64,000 bases of DNA from Schizochytrium sp. TIO01 (lineage: Eukaryota; Protista; Bigyra: Labyrinthulomycetes), in NCBI GenBank assembly GCA_004764695.1, contig SMSO01000035.1, positions 992,001 through 1,056,000 on the forward strand. The letters run 5' to 3'. Below are positions 1 through 13,471 of this stretch, piece after piece; within the stretch, counting starts at the first letter, position 1; the number at the start of each line of letters is the position of its first letter. A program made the position numbers and the translations under genes. A model generated the notes under the pieces. It was not told where the DNA came from, searched no databases, and saw only the letters and a list, made by a program, of their open reading frames with translations.

Positions 1-2147
1 ACGGGAGTCAATTGCAAGACTCGCTGGTTCTCTCCAGGTCTGCATCACGACCATCGGCAGCGGGGCGAGGCCAAGATCCCTTCCCAGCTTGCTCGCTGGT
101 CAGTCATCATGCAAGTCTGGCCGGTGGTTTCCTTCGTCACAGTAGTGCAATTCTCGCAATGCGATTCTCGCAGTTCCCCGTTCGCATTTCGCAGCTTGTC
201 ATCTCGCGAGGCTCAATGCGGATAGCTTCACAAGATTGGCTGGCGCGTCCCATCGATTGGGCCAGCTGTCAGTTCAACGCAGCGCAGTGCAATTTGAACG
301 GCGTGGGTTGGAAAGCCTTGCGACAGATCGTAGCCCAGGTCGATCCACGTTTTCAGCAATTTGACATCGATGCAATGCATCCCAATGCACATACAACCAA
401 CCCTATTGCTGTGCGGTTCTGGTGTCGCGCGGAAGACCTTGATGGACTCCATCCTCCCTCCCGAATGCAGGGGGCGCTGTCTTCGCGACGTTTACGAATT
501 CTCGCAAACGTGATGATTGCATTTCTCCAGAGCTAGGCTACCGCTGTCTGTGTTTTTCTGGATACGCCTGAGGCTCCGAGCCGATGCCTCGCTCCTTTAA
601 GCCTGGCGGCCCGCGAGTGGGAGCGAATCTATGCACGGGCAGGCCCTCCTCGATCAGCTTCACGAGGAGCCGCCTGGTACGCGCGGATCATTTGCGCTGC
701 GCAGCGGAGATGGACTGCTTCAGTTTCTCAAGTTCGAAGGAACCATCATCACGATGGTAAGTTTGAATTCCCTTGTCCAAGCAATGAAAAGAAGGAAAGA
801 AAGAAAAGGAAAATCAGGAAGAACTGGCGAGCGCTTTCTTATTTAAAAAGTTTTTGAACAAAAAATCAAAATCGCGCCTACTTCTTCTGCAAATAAATAT
901 AACAGTTGGCAATAATGAGGCTCTTTCGCAGGGACTTAAGTAGAAGCAGGCGTAAAAGGCGGAGGTCGAGCGAGCGTCACGCTGGGGACGTTGATACGCG
1001 GGTTGCTCAGCCCGAGCACAAAAACACGTATAGAATAAAACCTCAAGGCTCCTCGTTTTATGAAACAAAGTACCCACCCACTTTGTACTTTCAAGCGACT
1101 TAATTATTCCCATAATTTTATTTATTTCTTTATTTATTTATTAAAATCCGCTTAATTAAAAAGCAAAGTAAAAAACAAAAAACAAGTCGAACAGTAGACG
1201 GTGTTGTGCAAGACGAACAGACAGACGCACAGACGCGCCTTTTCCAGTGGGCCAAAAACAAAAGAGAACTTAAAACCTGAAAGCAGCTAAGATAGAAGCC
1301 GTCACTGCGTCTGTCAGTCAGGCAGTCACTTCGCTTACTTGATGGCTTTCAGGACCCACAGTCGCTTCCCACAGGGAGCGGCGCCTCGTTTGTGGGACTG
1401 AGCTCACAAGCGTCGACCTTGGATCCATTGTAGCTACAGAGAGGCCAAAGCATGCGTGGAGCTCTCTTTGGGCGGTCGATGCTTATCGAGTCCTGCGCGA
1501 AGCCGCTCTCAGGTTCCTTCGCCTCCCTCCCAGAGCTTGGGCCGCTGCGCAGCTCCTTCTTGGCCTTTAAAACGATGATCTCCAACAGCGAAATAAAACA
1601 ACTTGCTTGGCTTGTCTCCAAGTCTCAGGCCGCCTCATTCACGGCCTTGAAAGCCTGCCTCCCTTCGGCGCTGCCCCGCCTTGGGCGTGTGCATGATGAG
1701 GGTGCCGCTGTAAGCGAGGTGAGTTCGATCTTCGCTGCTCTGGTTCAAGTCAAGTTACTTTCGTCGACTTCGCAAGCAACAGCAGCGTCGCTTGCTCTGC
1801 GAATGAACGGCGACCAAAGCCGCAGCTATGGCATGATTATGATCGTCGTCGTCAGTAGCAATAATATCTATAGTAGTCGCGGTACTCTATTTCTCGAATC
1901 TCGCTTGGCGCTCGGTGAGAAAGAAACCCGTCTGCTCTGGCGCAATCATCATCTGTGAGCGAGACAGACGTCACCGCCCGCTCTGGAGGCGCGAGGTACT
2001 CGAGGCAGGGCCCTTGAGAGGTGCTCCTCGCTGTGCTCTGGCACCCTTGCTGGACGCCCTTCTTCGATGGCTGCGAGCTTTGGCGATCGTGGATCATAAC
2101 TCATGAACGATGACGACTGAGGATACTATTCTGCTGCGCATCGTTCT

Positions 2148-2179
2148 GCTAGCTAGCTAGCTAGCTAGCTAGCTAGCTA
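2148..2179. repeat. (GCTA)8 microsatellite, self-complementary
   Basis: Direct read. Confidence 0.95.
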
Positions 2180-3715
2180 CTCAGGTAGCAAGTAAGTAAT
2201 GCCAGGATAGCCAAGTAAGTAAGTATCAGGAACCGCGGGAGAGCTAGAGTTCTGCCTGTGAGGGCCTTAGTGCAAGATCTCTCTCGCATCGGAAAGATAC
2301 CTTTGTTTTGGTCGGCTTCCCTCAAGGATACCAATTAAGCTCTGCGAGGTCTTTGAGGGCGCAGACGAAATCGCGAAGTCTCGAAATTGCGTCAAAGAAG
2401 CTTGTTTCTCGACGCGCCTTAGACGGGCTGCCCCTCCCTCCGTCGCTCGACAGGAGAACTCTTCGTCTGCTTAACTGGAGAACTGAGGAAATCTTGCAAA
2501 TGCCCAGGAGGGGGCACCAGAGGGCAGTGGAGTCCACTCAGGGTTTCCCACAGACCACAGTGGAGGGCCCCGCCTGATCCCCCTTCCCTCCTGGAGCTTC
2601 CGGGGCGGAGACCACACGAGCTGTGGAGGAAAGCGCGCATCTTGCGGTTCACCAGCCAGCCGCGTCTCGCAGGTTCTTCTTTCAAAGACTAGGTCTTAGG
2701 TACTTCAGTAGTCTCACCGCGGTAGCATTAGCGGTAAAATTAGAAGTACAAGTCAATAGAATTTTTTTTAAAAGAACATTTAAAAAACTAACTAAAACGT
2801 GAGCCATGTCTTAGTCTAAGTCAGAGTCCAAGGCCGAGCTTGGCGAAGAAGACTCTCTTCTTGCCTTGCTTACAGCCATCCGTCATCCGTCGAGATTGGA
2901 GACATGACGGCCAGGGACCTACGCTTTGGGGCGTAGCATTCACTGGCGAGCTCAGCGGGGAAGCTACGGCAAGTTTGTACCAGCAAGCTGCCAGCTTCTC
3001 GAGCCTTTCCTGGACGGCTCCGGTGAGTCATACGAAGCGGTGAAAGTTCTAGCTTCGCCCTAGGCTTCTTAGTGCTTCCTTCTTCCGATTCATTCCTTGT
3101 GGAAGCCGCGCTTCTCTCCCTCTCTTTTCCTTGCGTGTTATTGGTCGCTGACTTTGAGAAGGGAGAGAAAGAAGTAAAGGAAGTTAGTTGTGGTTCTACT
3201 ACAACCTTTTACTGTCTTACAATTTAATTTTGAATTTGTTTTTAAGAGTTAATTTTAATAAAGATAATTTTTTTTTGAAAGTATAGAAAAAGCGATTCAG
3301 AGAAGCTGTGACCACGTTTGATTATGGTATGGATGTATGTATGTATGTATACCTATGGACAAGATAATCGATTGAGGTTCCTTGTCTCTGAGGTTCTCCA
3401 CGTCTGTGGCGCCTCAGAGAGCTTAAAGAGGTTGAATAGGAAAAGCGGCACAAGGGCGGTGTGTACGAGGAGATAAAATTGGAGGCGGCGAGGACCACTC
3501 ATTTCATTCATTCGAGAGCGGTCGTTTCGGTACACAGGCCTGCCCGTGAAGCTGCGCCTCGCGAGTGGGTGAGGCCCTCAAGCTCTGGTCGTCAAGGTGC
3601 TGTGCCGGTTGAAGTGGAGCTCGAGAGGGGCTTTGAGATGGTGTTCATCTTTACCACGTTTGGATGATTTGCTGTACGCAACGCATGGGTAAATTTACTT
3701 GAAGAGTGGGCATTT

Positions 3716-3747
3716 TGATGGCCAAATTTATATGATGGCCAAATTTA
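3716..3747 (+). repeat. Tandem direct repeat TGATGGCCAAATTTA x2 (17-bp period)
   Basis: Copies at 3716-3730 and 3733-3747; degenerate copy ATGGGTAAATTTA at 3685-3697. Confidence 0.85.
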
Positions 3748-5125
3748 GCTTAGCTTTTGAACTCGAATTTCGGCGTGCAGAGTGAAAAGATCTCCCAATT
3801 CATGCCGCAAAGCAGTGATTTGTTTTCACGACGTGTACGGTCTGCAGAGGTTCTTTGCGCAAGGAATATCCGAGTCGAGACAGAGGACTTTGCCAAATGT
3901 CATTTTGAAGACTCAAGGCACATTTCTGGGCATTTTATTTATTCATGAATAGCAAATCAAGGTCTTAATAACTTATGTTTAGGTTTCGGGTCGAGGTTCA
4001 GGTAGGACTCTGCACAGACTGACGACCGAGTGGAGCTTAAAACGTCCAAAATTCTCGAGAATATGGCACCTCTTCAAAATTCCTCTATATATAAATTTTC
4101 ACGTTGTTACCAAATCGTCCCCTCCAAACTACCTCGCACGTATCGCTCGCGCAAACGATGGACTAAATTGCGTCATTAAAACTCAAAACCGTCCAACATT
4201 CCATTCCTTCTTCATCCCGAATTAGCCAGGTTCCTGAAAATGCCACGGCTTCAGCAGAACAATGCCGATCTCGCTACGATAGATTCTAGTGCTAGTGGAT
4301 TTGCCGTGCTTCATCGCCACCGTCGTGGTGCAGCCCTGCGCATCAGCAGCTTGCATGATCAATTCTGCATTGTGTAAGCAGGGCCGAGGCTAGATTTACT
4401 GTTTTTGCAAACAAACAAAATGACTCAAAGGGCATCCATTCACATCACGCTATTCGAGTTCTCGATCGAGGGAGGGCATTTCAGGATTCATACTCACCAT
4501 TCTCTCTGGAGGGCGGAGGACTTGAGGTAGATTGCAGCACTCAATGGCCCATCAAAACGTTGATGACTAACTACTTAGAAGTGATTTTAAAGCGACTTTA
4601 ACTTTAAATGCCCGAAGAGAAGAACAGGAGAAACTCATGCTTCTTCCCCCATTCCGTGTCTTCCATCTCCCGTTCTTTCGCATTCTCGAAACTTCGAAAC
4701 ATTGGTTTTCCCTTTTCATTTTGGTATATCCTATTTTAATTTAATTTATAAAAACAAAATAAATTAAACTCAAAAACGTTATATCTATTTTATTCATGAT
4801 TCCTAGATATAGGTCTAGTTTATTTTTATTTTATTTTTAATAGAATAAAAACGACTAACGAACAGTACAGGAGCCCTTTCAAACAAATTTTAAAATAACT
4901 GAAGAAGCAGTTTGAAGCAGGTGCATATACTGCTCTAATAAAAAGTAAGCAAAAGCAAGAGCAAACAATAGAAAACCAAGATCCCACTTAGAATTGAAAA
5001 CGCCTTTCTCTGATAATTAAAAATTTCATTTTAACCCCAAAACACCAAAAAAGAGCTCCCCAGAAGCCAACCTTTCTATGAGGGATTCTAGCTCGTGCAA
5101 ATACATGTTGCTCCAATGGACGGAT

Positions 5126-5155
<30 letters not shown>
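5126..5155. repeat. (GCA)10 microsatellite
   Basis: Direct read. Confidence 0.95.
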
Positions 5156-5156
<1 letters not shown>

Positions 5157-7036
5157 TACTATCCTCAAATGCGTAACTAGATATCAATTGACACTGGGCT
5201 TCTTTGCGCTTTACATTTTCCCTATTCCATGAGTATTATGTTTTCAATTAAATTTACTTTGAAGAAACAAACTATCATGATAGTCACGGCATTAAAAAGA
5301 TAAACTAAATCTTCGATTGTTTGTGCAGTTCCGCACGTTTTGGGGCTTCTTCCCGAGTTCGGCGGCTCGAGAGCCCATGGGTTGGTTGCTTCAGCGATTT
5401 GCATCGACTTCGGCACGCCAAAGAAGGCAAGAAGGCCGTCTGTCTAGCAATTCGCTAGCTTTTACTTTCCCTCGCTCGGCTTTGTGGCTGCCGCGATGGT
5501 CTCCGCTCGAAATGAAAAAGGAGGCGGCCAAAAAAGGCGCTAAAAAAGTTTGCACTTATGGGTCAAGTAGGCGCCACGACGCACCATGCACAGTGAGTGA
5601 GTGAGTGCTACTGTGCAAAGCGAAGCGAAGAGCGATTCCGCTCCACTCCGTTTCGTTTCGAAACTGGAAAGGAATAAAGCCACGGCTAAGCAAGCTGGAA
5701 AGGCGCTCGATGGGACTGGGAGTTGCACACCGGTATTTATTTATTTGCAGCTCCCACTGGCTCAGCAGGTTTTGTGCAAAGATATAGATGATGTCGAGGT
5801 GGAGAACTTATCCACAACTCTACCAAGATCGAAGTCGAAGTTTAGGTTAAAGATGTAATAATGTAGTAAGTAGTAGGCAGGGCAGGCGAATACCGGATCC
5901 GACTGACTACTACCTTTTTGGCTGAGCTCCGGTTTAGTTAAGTGGCCTGCCGTTGATTTCGATCTTTTCGGAGAGGATTGTTTTTTCTTTTCTTTTCTTT
6001 TCTATTCTATTCTATTCTTTCTTCAGGTTCTATGTGAACTCTGGCCGTGATTGTGTTTGAGATCAAGCGAGTTGAAGCGGCGCTCTATAAGAGCAATAGT
6101 TCGGCCGTCTAGCGACTGTGCTTTTGGATCGCGTTGAATTTGACGCGAGTTTGAGTCGCTGCATCCGAGAGATCCTTGCTTCGAACTGCATGCTTACTAT
6201 CTTTTTAAATTAAAAAATTAAAAGTTGAAATATATATTTCTACGCCAATCTTGTTTATCTTTATTCTTTTATTTATTTATTGCTATATAAAAGAAAGTAA
6301 GGGGAAAAGTGGCATTCAAAAGTAAAACTTGGAAGGCTCATTCCTCCTCTATATATATTTTTTTTTTTTAAGTTTTCTGTTTTGTGGTACTTACTCATAG
6401 TCTCACGTTGACTTGCAACGCTACGCAAGAGTAAAATCCTGTCGTATGTGTCCCGCGATTTGTATATTTTCAAGGCGCCGCCCTTTGGGAATTAAGATCT
6501 TTGCGGTTTTATTTTCAAGATGCCTTCTACACCGGTCTATGAAAGTTCTTTCTTTATTCACATTTATTAAAAATAAATAATAATAAAATACTAGGATTAT
6601 GGCACTCGCTTCGACTGCCAATTGGGCTAAAAAGTCTCTCTTTAAAAAAAAATTAAATTAAAAAAAAATATATATATATATAGTAGCCCATTTTTTCTTT
6701 TGCAACAAGTTGCAATTTTCAGAGACGTGGCTGCGCAGGCACAGACGATGGCTGCAGAATAGTTCCTGAAGAGCAAGCACATGAGAGCAACTGCTCGTCC
6801 TGTTTTCTATACGCATGCGATGGCTATCATCTAAGTCTAATGATACATATATTCTTCAGATGCTCTCAGAGTCACTTCTCTTGGCCTGTCGAGAACCAGC
6901 CCTTCTCAAGTTCAAACGATGAAGTTGGCGTACGTACACATAGATTCGCACAGTACGCAGGCCCATGTTTATTGCTGCTGCTCTCAATTTTCAGAGAGAA
7001 GAAGAAAAGAACTTGAAGACGGCAGAAAGAAACAAG

Positions 7037-7066
7037 AAGGAAGGAAGGAAGGAAGGAAGGAAGGAA
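7037..7066. repeat. (AAGG)7 microsatellite
   Basis: Direct read. Confidence 0.9.
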
Positions 7067-10000
7067 AAAAAAAGGGAGGATCCGCTTCTGCGCATGCCAC
7101 CACGTCTGTTCGGTTTGGGCGCAAAGGAAATCCGCGGGGTTTCGCAGAGGTTCTTCTCAAACTGGTCTTGGACCATCGAGATAGCCATGGGGTTGCGCCG
7201 GTATTCTGTTGTCCCTCCACGCTGCTGCATATCCGTGGGGTTTGGGTCGATGTGTTGAGGTTGGCGGGAACGGATACCAGTATTTCAACAAATCTAGCGC
7301 CACCGACGTGCGCAGTTGAGCATTTCGTGCAAGGTTTGCCAACCGCCACAAATCCACAGAGTCCTTCATCTGTGGCATGGATCAGGAGACGTGCAAGTGA
7401 AAAGGTTTGCAGGCATGAGATGCCGGGATGCACCATCGTGCTCACCTCCTTTCGGCTGCTTCTGTTTCTGAACTCGCAGTCGTGGCGATTCGCATGTCTA
7501 AGCTAGAATTGCACAAGCGCTTGGGAAACTGAAGCAATAGAAGATGCTTTCGAATTGAGCTGAGCTGAGCTGAGTTGAGTTGACGATTGACAATTTTTGG
7601 TGTCTGACATAATATGAAGGTACTGCTACCACACTGCAACTCGAGAGTTCCAATCATTGCGAATCGTCCGTGGATGGTCATGCGACGACTACTCGGCAAA
7701 GCAGAGCAAAGATGGTAGCTTTCCTGAGGCTGGTTCGCGACCAATCTGAGTGAGCGAAAATCTCGACTGCCTCGAGTTGGCCCTTGCGCATTTTAATTTA
7801 ACATGCGTGCACCCGCCTCGAGCCTTGTCTTGTGTGCCAGACCATGCTCACGTGGGACTGATAGACGGACTGGCTGGCTGATTGGTTCTTCCCAGTCAGG
7901 CCTCGCGGGATTCATTTAAAATTCGCTCCGATGCCCTCGTCCGCCGGCTTGTCGGGAAACCTCGTGCTCGCTCTCCAGCAGTGGGCTCGCACACGTTCGG
8001 AGAGCAGCGCAGCACGAGAACCCGCGGGGTTTGTGCGGCTCTGCTGAGCTGAGTCCTGGCGTGTTTAAAATTCGAATTGCAAAAGCTCAGCGAACTCGGC
8101 GCCCACGGAGTCGCTACCCTCGCCCTCAGGATGGAGTCTGAACAGGCATCTTTCGCTGCCGCTCGATCGGCGGGCCTTTCCTGCACAGCCTCTGCCGAGG
8201 CGGGCGAATTGAAATCTCAACTGCTCGACGAAGAATCTGAACGATACCTACGACATTGTCAATCGCGGTTTGGGAAAGTATTGATCGCGGAATGATGTAT
8301 CCTCAAGCCTTCGCGTGGAGATTTGATTATGGCGGGTGATCGTCCTCTTCTTGGCAAGACCGCACCTGCGCTGGCCACCTAACTCAGAAGGCATTCGCGG
8401 AGCATGAGACGGCGTGGGTTTGAACAAACTGCAAGCTCCGCGACCAACTTATTCAAGTGTACATTTCAAAATCAAGCACAGCACGGAAATTGCTTGCATA
8501 AAGTCGAAAACCTCTTGTCCTTCACGGTCGAGCAACCCACCCGCATACACGCACACGCGATGTCGAACAAGCGAAGAGCCAAGCACGAGGCAAAGCCACG
8601 CCACGCACCACAAGTGTCTGCTTCCTCGCCCAACCCGGGCACGCGTTAAAGGCGAGCAGGGACGGGCTCAAGGAGGTCTGCTTTTCCAAGCCTTTCGTTA
8701 GAAGGTGCGCACCGCCTTCCTATTACTGCTTCTCGCATTTTTGAAAATCAAACAACATCTTTTTGAATCATAAGAAAACAACACATTCCAACAAGCGCAC
8801 CGCCACTTCTACCACAAGCGTAGCCAACACTAGAGCTGAAAGCGATAGTGTTGTGCTATCCATAACACTAGCAGTGCCGGAGAGCCGCTCTGGCGGGTGA
8901 GACCATCTCAGCGGCCACCATAAAGAGCCACGCGAAGAGGCAAAGAAGCAGGGCCTTGGAAAGCTAGGAGAGAGAGAAAAGTAAGCCAACCCGAGCAAAG
9001 GACAAACTGGAAAGCGGTTCCGAGAGCAGGCCGCTGCTTATGATTCTACACCTGCCTCTGCTTTTGCGCCGGGCACCCTATCGCTAGGGCCTGCGTCGAA
9101 GCCTTGCTTGCGAGACCCTCGTGCGTGCACACACATCGCATAGGCAGACGGGGACATGATCGTGGTGTCCATGGTTCAAATTGTTCGCAGACCTCTGAGA
9201 GCTTACGAATAAAGCGCCGCCAATCGCAGTTTCCCAGTCCTGCGAGGCCTCGGTTGGCAATCAGCTGCACTCTTCGAGCACCTCGACCGCGCTCTGGACC
9301 TGGCAAGGGCCAGAGGCCAGGGGACAGACAAAGCTTTGGAGCGGCCGCTGCGACCTCTTTCTTGGCGCACACGAGATCGCCGCCGCTCTCAGCTCTGGGC
9401 GGTCCGTCCTCTCATGCCAACACGGCTGATTCTCCGCCGGGTGTGTACTCCTCCGAAGCGCGCGAGCGAGGATATTTCTCCTTTGGCCAGGCCAGCTGAT
9501 TGTGATTGATTGATTGATTGATTGATTGTCGTTGCCTCGTGCCGCCACGATCGTCCTGCGGGAGCCCTCCAGGCCTCGCGGAGCTCGCCGCCCGCTTCCC
9601 CAAGCCCTCTTCGAAAACCAGAGTTTGGTCGAGCTCTGCGGCGCACACCTCTGCGCTCTCCGCCATTACCGCCATCCTTCTTCCCACGCTGCACATACAT
9701 AACCATAAATACAAACAGAAATACAAACATAAATATAATTATAAAGGCATACAAACATAGAGGCAGCTAGCTAGCTATGGCTAGCAACTAGTAAGAGCGG
9801 CGGCTCTTCATGTCGCTGAGCTAGAAGCGCTATGAGGTGATCTTCGAACAAACAGCGGCGCCTTTACAGGTCAGGAAACTGCGCTGGCGCTGAGAAGACT
9901 TGGGAAACTGTGCGAGGGAGAGAGGCAGAGGCCTCGGCTGCATGCCTGTATGCATGCATGCATGCACTGCACGCGGGCCTGAGTGGAGTTTTCTCGTCTC

Positions 10001-10354
10001 GTCTCGTCTCGGCCTGCCTGCCTGCCCTCGCATCGTCTTCCCGGCGGTATGGACCGCGACAGGGCGGGCGGCTCTCTGGTTTTCCTTCCTTTCGCTTTCT
10101 TTTCTGTCCTGCGCTGCTTTTGTTTGTTTCTTTGTTTTTGTTTTTTTCCTTTTCGTTCTTTGGACTGATGATTGATTGCCTTTTCACTTTTAGTCTCTGG
10201 CTAGAGTTGAAAATAAAGGATGATGGAGCAAACGAACTCTTAGGAGCGAGAATGTGCGGTTGACAAGAAGGAGCGGGTCAGCCAAAGGGCCTTTTTAGCA
10301 GATAATTATGGGAAAGAGCGACCGGCAAAGCCTCTTTGGCGGAAGAAGAGAGAA

Positions 10355-10384
10355 GAGGAGGAGGAGGAGGAGGAGGAGGAGGAG
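10355..10384. repeat. (GAG)10 microsatellite
   Basis: Direct read. Confidence 0.9.
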
Positions 10385-11547
10385 AAGAAAAAGTGCAGCG
10401 GCTTTCTTTGTTTCTTTCTTTCTTGCGTGCGGGAGTGGGCTGATGGGTGCTTTTAGCCACGTGGACTTGGACGGAGGATTGAACAACTAAAAGGAAACAA
10501 CATCCAAAAAAAAAAAAAGAAAAAAAAAAAACGACTCTTGGCCAGCCTTGAATAAGTACTTTGAATTTTGGCTGGGAGAAAAGGGGCGAAAATGGTGGTA
10601 AAGAGGAACTAACTGGCCAGGCGACACTTTTTCGAGATGCAGAAATGTATTTTCGAGTTGCTCATTGCTGTAGCGAAGAAGAACCCATCACCGAAAACAT
10701 TTCCTCTCCACTACTTACGCTCTTGGAAGCCCTATTTGGAATGACTTTGTTTGCTTGTTTGTTTGTTTGCTTGTTTGTATATTATTTTATAAGTTTATAA
10801 TTTTAAAATATGATTTGTTAAAGTAAATTTAAAGCAAACTGGAAACAAACCGAAAAGTGAATACACTTTTAAAGAAGCAGGTATATTCAGGCCCTACGAT
10901 ACCTGGTCGGGCGATTCTCTCAAGCATTCGACTCTTTTCAGCCTCTAGCATGTCATTAATCCCAGATACCCGCCTTTACGGGCACGTCTTGGAGTGGCCT
11001 TTAGCGAAATGGCTGTTACCTGCCAGCTTTTCTCAGCTCCTTCAAAAACGTTAGGTAGAAACCTATAAACCTTGAAACCAAAAATAACATGTTAGTTTAC
11101 TATTTTATTGTATTTTTGTAATATTTTTAATAAAAATATTTTTTTCAAATACCAAAACTAACAAAGTTTGATAAAGCATATAAAATTAGAGCAGCGACAC
11201 CATAGTAGTTGCGGTATATCTGCTGGATGTGGGGGAACAAAGGGAATTGACTACGGCTGGCACGCCTAGTACTACTACTACTGCCTCTACTCGTACTACT
11301 TACTACTCGTACTATACTTCACTTGGCGCCTTGCAGCTCTTGGCTTCTGTCGTGGCGGCATCCTTGCCGTGGCTCGAGCGGGGCACGCGAAAAGATCGTG
11401 CAGAGCAGCACGTGAGGCCCCGTGGCGGCGCGCTGGAGGCACCTGAGGAGGCGTACTCGCGGCTCCGAGCAGCATTTTCGCCGCGAGCAGGTCGGCTGCG
11501 GTAATTCTGCGATGGCAGGCCAAAAAGAGCGGCGTCGAGGATACCTT

Positions 11548-11580
<33 letters not shown>
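11548..11580. repeat. (ATG)11 microsatellite
   Basis: Direct read. Confidence 0.95.
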
Positions 11581-11582
<2 letters not shown>

Positions 11583-12239
11583 AGGAAGTAGGCGGAACTA
11601 CCTCCTACGAACAGGCTTTTTCTGTATTAGGAGTGAACGAACGAACGATTCACTTGAAAATGAATTGATCGATCGATCGATCGATCGATTGATTGATGAA
11701 AGAATAAATGTCAACTTGTAAAAGTTGATTCACTGGAGCGTGTCGAGCTTGTTGAGGCCGCGTGCACATCTCGAAATAGGGAGGGCTGGCGCAGAACATT
11801 GTTTGGGTCATCTATTGTGCCAGGTTTCGTGGAGCGCAGCGAGAGAACCTCTTCAGGCTGTGTCTGACTTGAAGATTTCAAACTACATAGTGTTACGCGC
11901 TGCAGTAAGTAGGCCTTAGCGCACCTTGTGTGTACCACAAGCGCAGAAGTGCAGAGAGAACGGCCATGCGACAGGGCTAATTAACCATTTCTTTCCACGC
12001 AATCGCTCTGTCGCGGCTGTGTTCTGCTGGCGCTCGCCTGAGAAAAGAAGCCATGCTCATCTCGCCGAGCGGAAGCGCAGCCTCGACAAATGCCCGGCCA
12101 GTCCCGCGAGGGCCTACCTCTGTTCGTATTTGATGAAGTCCATGCCGCGTCTCTCCAACACATGCCCTTTGTTCATGAGTTAATGAATTTTATAACTGAT
12201 TGACTCATTCCATTCCAACAGGTCCCATGGAAGAGTTGA

Positions 12240-12240
12240 A

Positions 12241-12271
<31 letters not shown>
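12240..12271. repeat. (AAAG)8 microsatellite
   Basis: Direct read. Confidence 0.9.
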
Positions 12272-13420
12272 GGCTTCTTTAATATGTCCAAAATGATGAG
12301 TTTCAAGTAGTCAGGCTATATTTATTTATAAAAATCCTTTTTTTTTTATTAAAGAAAGAAGAAAAAAAGGGAAAATGAATGAGGAGGTCCCGTTTGCATG
12401 TGTAGTTAATTAATTAAAGTAAGTACCCCACACGCTGGGGGATCGAGTTAGATAGCATAACCAGCTTTCTTGCACGCCGTTGACTCCGTCGAGGGCGGCG
12501 CCCAGTGCACTTGCCACCGTCACTTATCGCGCGTCCCGGTGTCAGGGTTGTGCCACGAGCGGCTTAATTCAATTTAATTTAAATTTATTATTATTATTTT
12601 TTTTTAATCCAACGAGCGACCTTGTTAAATTATTTTATTTTACTATTTTATTTTATCCACCTGGCAGCGCTTAATCAAAGCCGCGGCGGAATTGCAGCTC
12701 CAATGCGACGACACCCAAGTTTCAAAGAACCCAACACAAGCGCAGGAACTCGTTGAAGATAGAAAGGCAAAGCCAGGCGGCCAAGATTCCCTCTTCCTCG
12801 GCAAATTCTCCGCTGCGCTCTGCGATGCACTCGAACAGAAACCCCTCGGGATAAATTGGAAAACAGCAATGAGGACAGGAGGAGGAGGAGGGTTCGAGAG
12901 AGAGAGAGAGCCCTATCGTCCCCCTTTGAGACGTGGCCGCAGTACCTAGCGATACCAGTAGGAAGACCCTAGCGACTGGAAGTTTACGCTGGAGGAAGGG
13001 AGAACGCCCGATCGCCCTCTCATGTCTCTGCACTTTGTCCAAGCAGGGAAAGTTTGAAAGTTTTCTGCCCGGCAACCGCGAAGCGGTTCTCTCCACAGTC
13101 CGCAGAGGGACAATTTATTATTCTCCTCCTCTTTTGTTTTGTTCTTATTTTTATGTAGAAGATAACTAAATTAATTGATTTATGAAAGAATAAATGAAAA
13201 GTCATACGCAGATACTGCGGCGCTGGGCCACCTCAGTCTACGCCTGTACAGACCAGGATGTGGCGCTATCAGGGCACGCTCAACCCCTTTTCTAGATCAG
13301 AACAACATTCGCATAGGTCATTCTCACTCATCTCCTCTTTCCTGGCACTCCTCGTTCTCATTTGGCACTATTGAATTGAAAGCAAGGAAATTTGCCGAGC
13401 GAGGTAAGTAGGGAGCATGT

Positions 13421-13421
<1 letters not shown>

Positions 13422-13471
<50 letters not shown>
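13422..13471. repeat. (AGAT)12 microsatellite
   Basis: Direct read. Confidence 0.95.

Noticed and set aside
4682-4696. Perfect three-unit heat-shock element (TTCtcGAAacTTC)
   Set aside because: Roughly 0.5 expected by chance in 64 kb, and far from any gene start.
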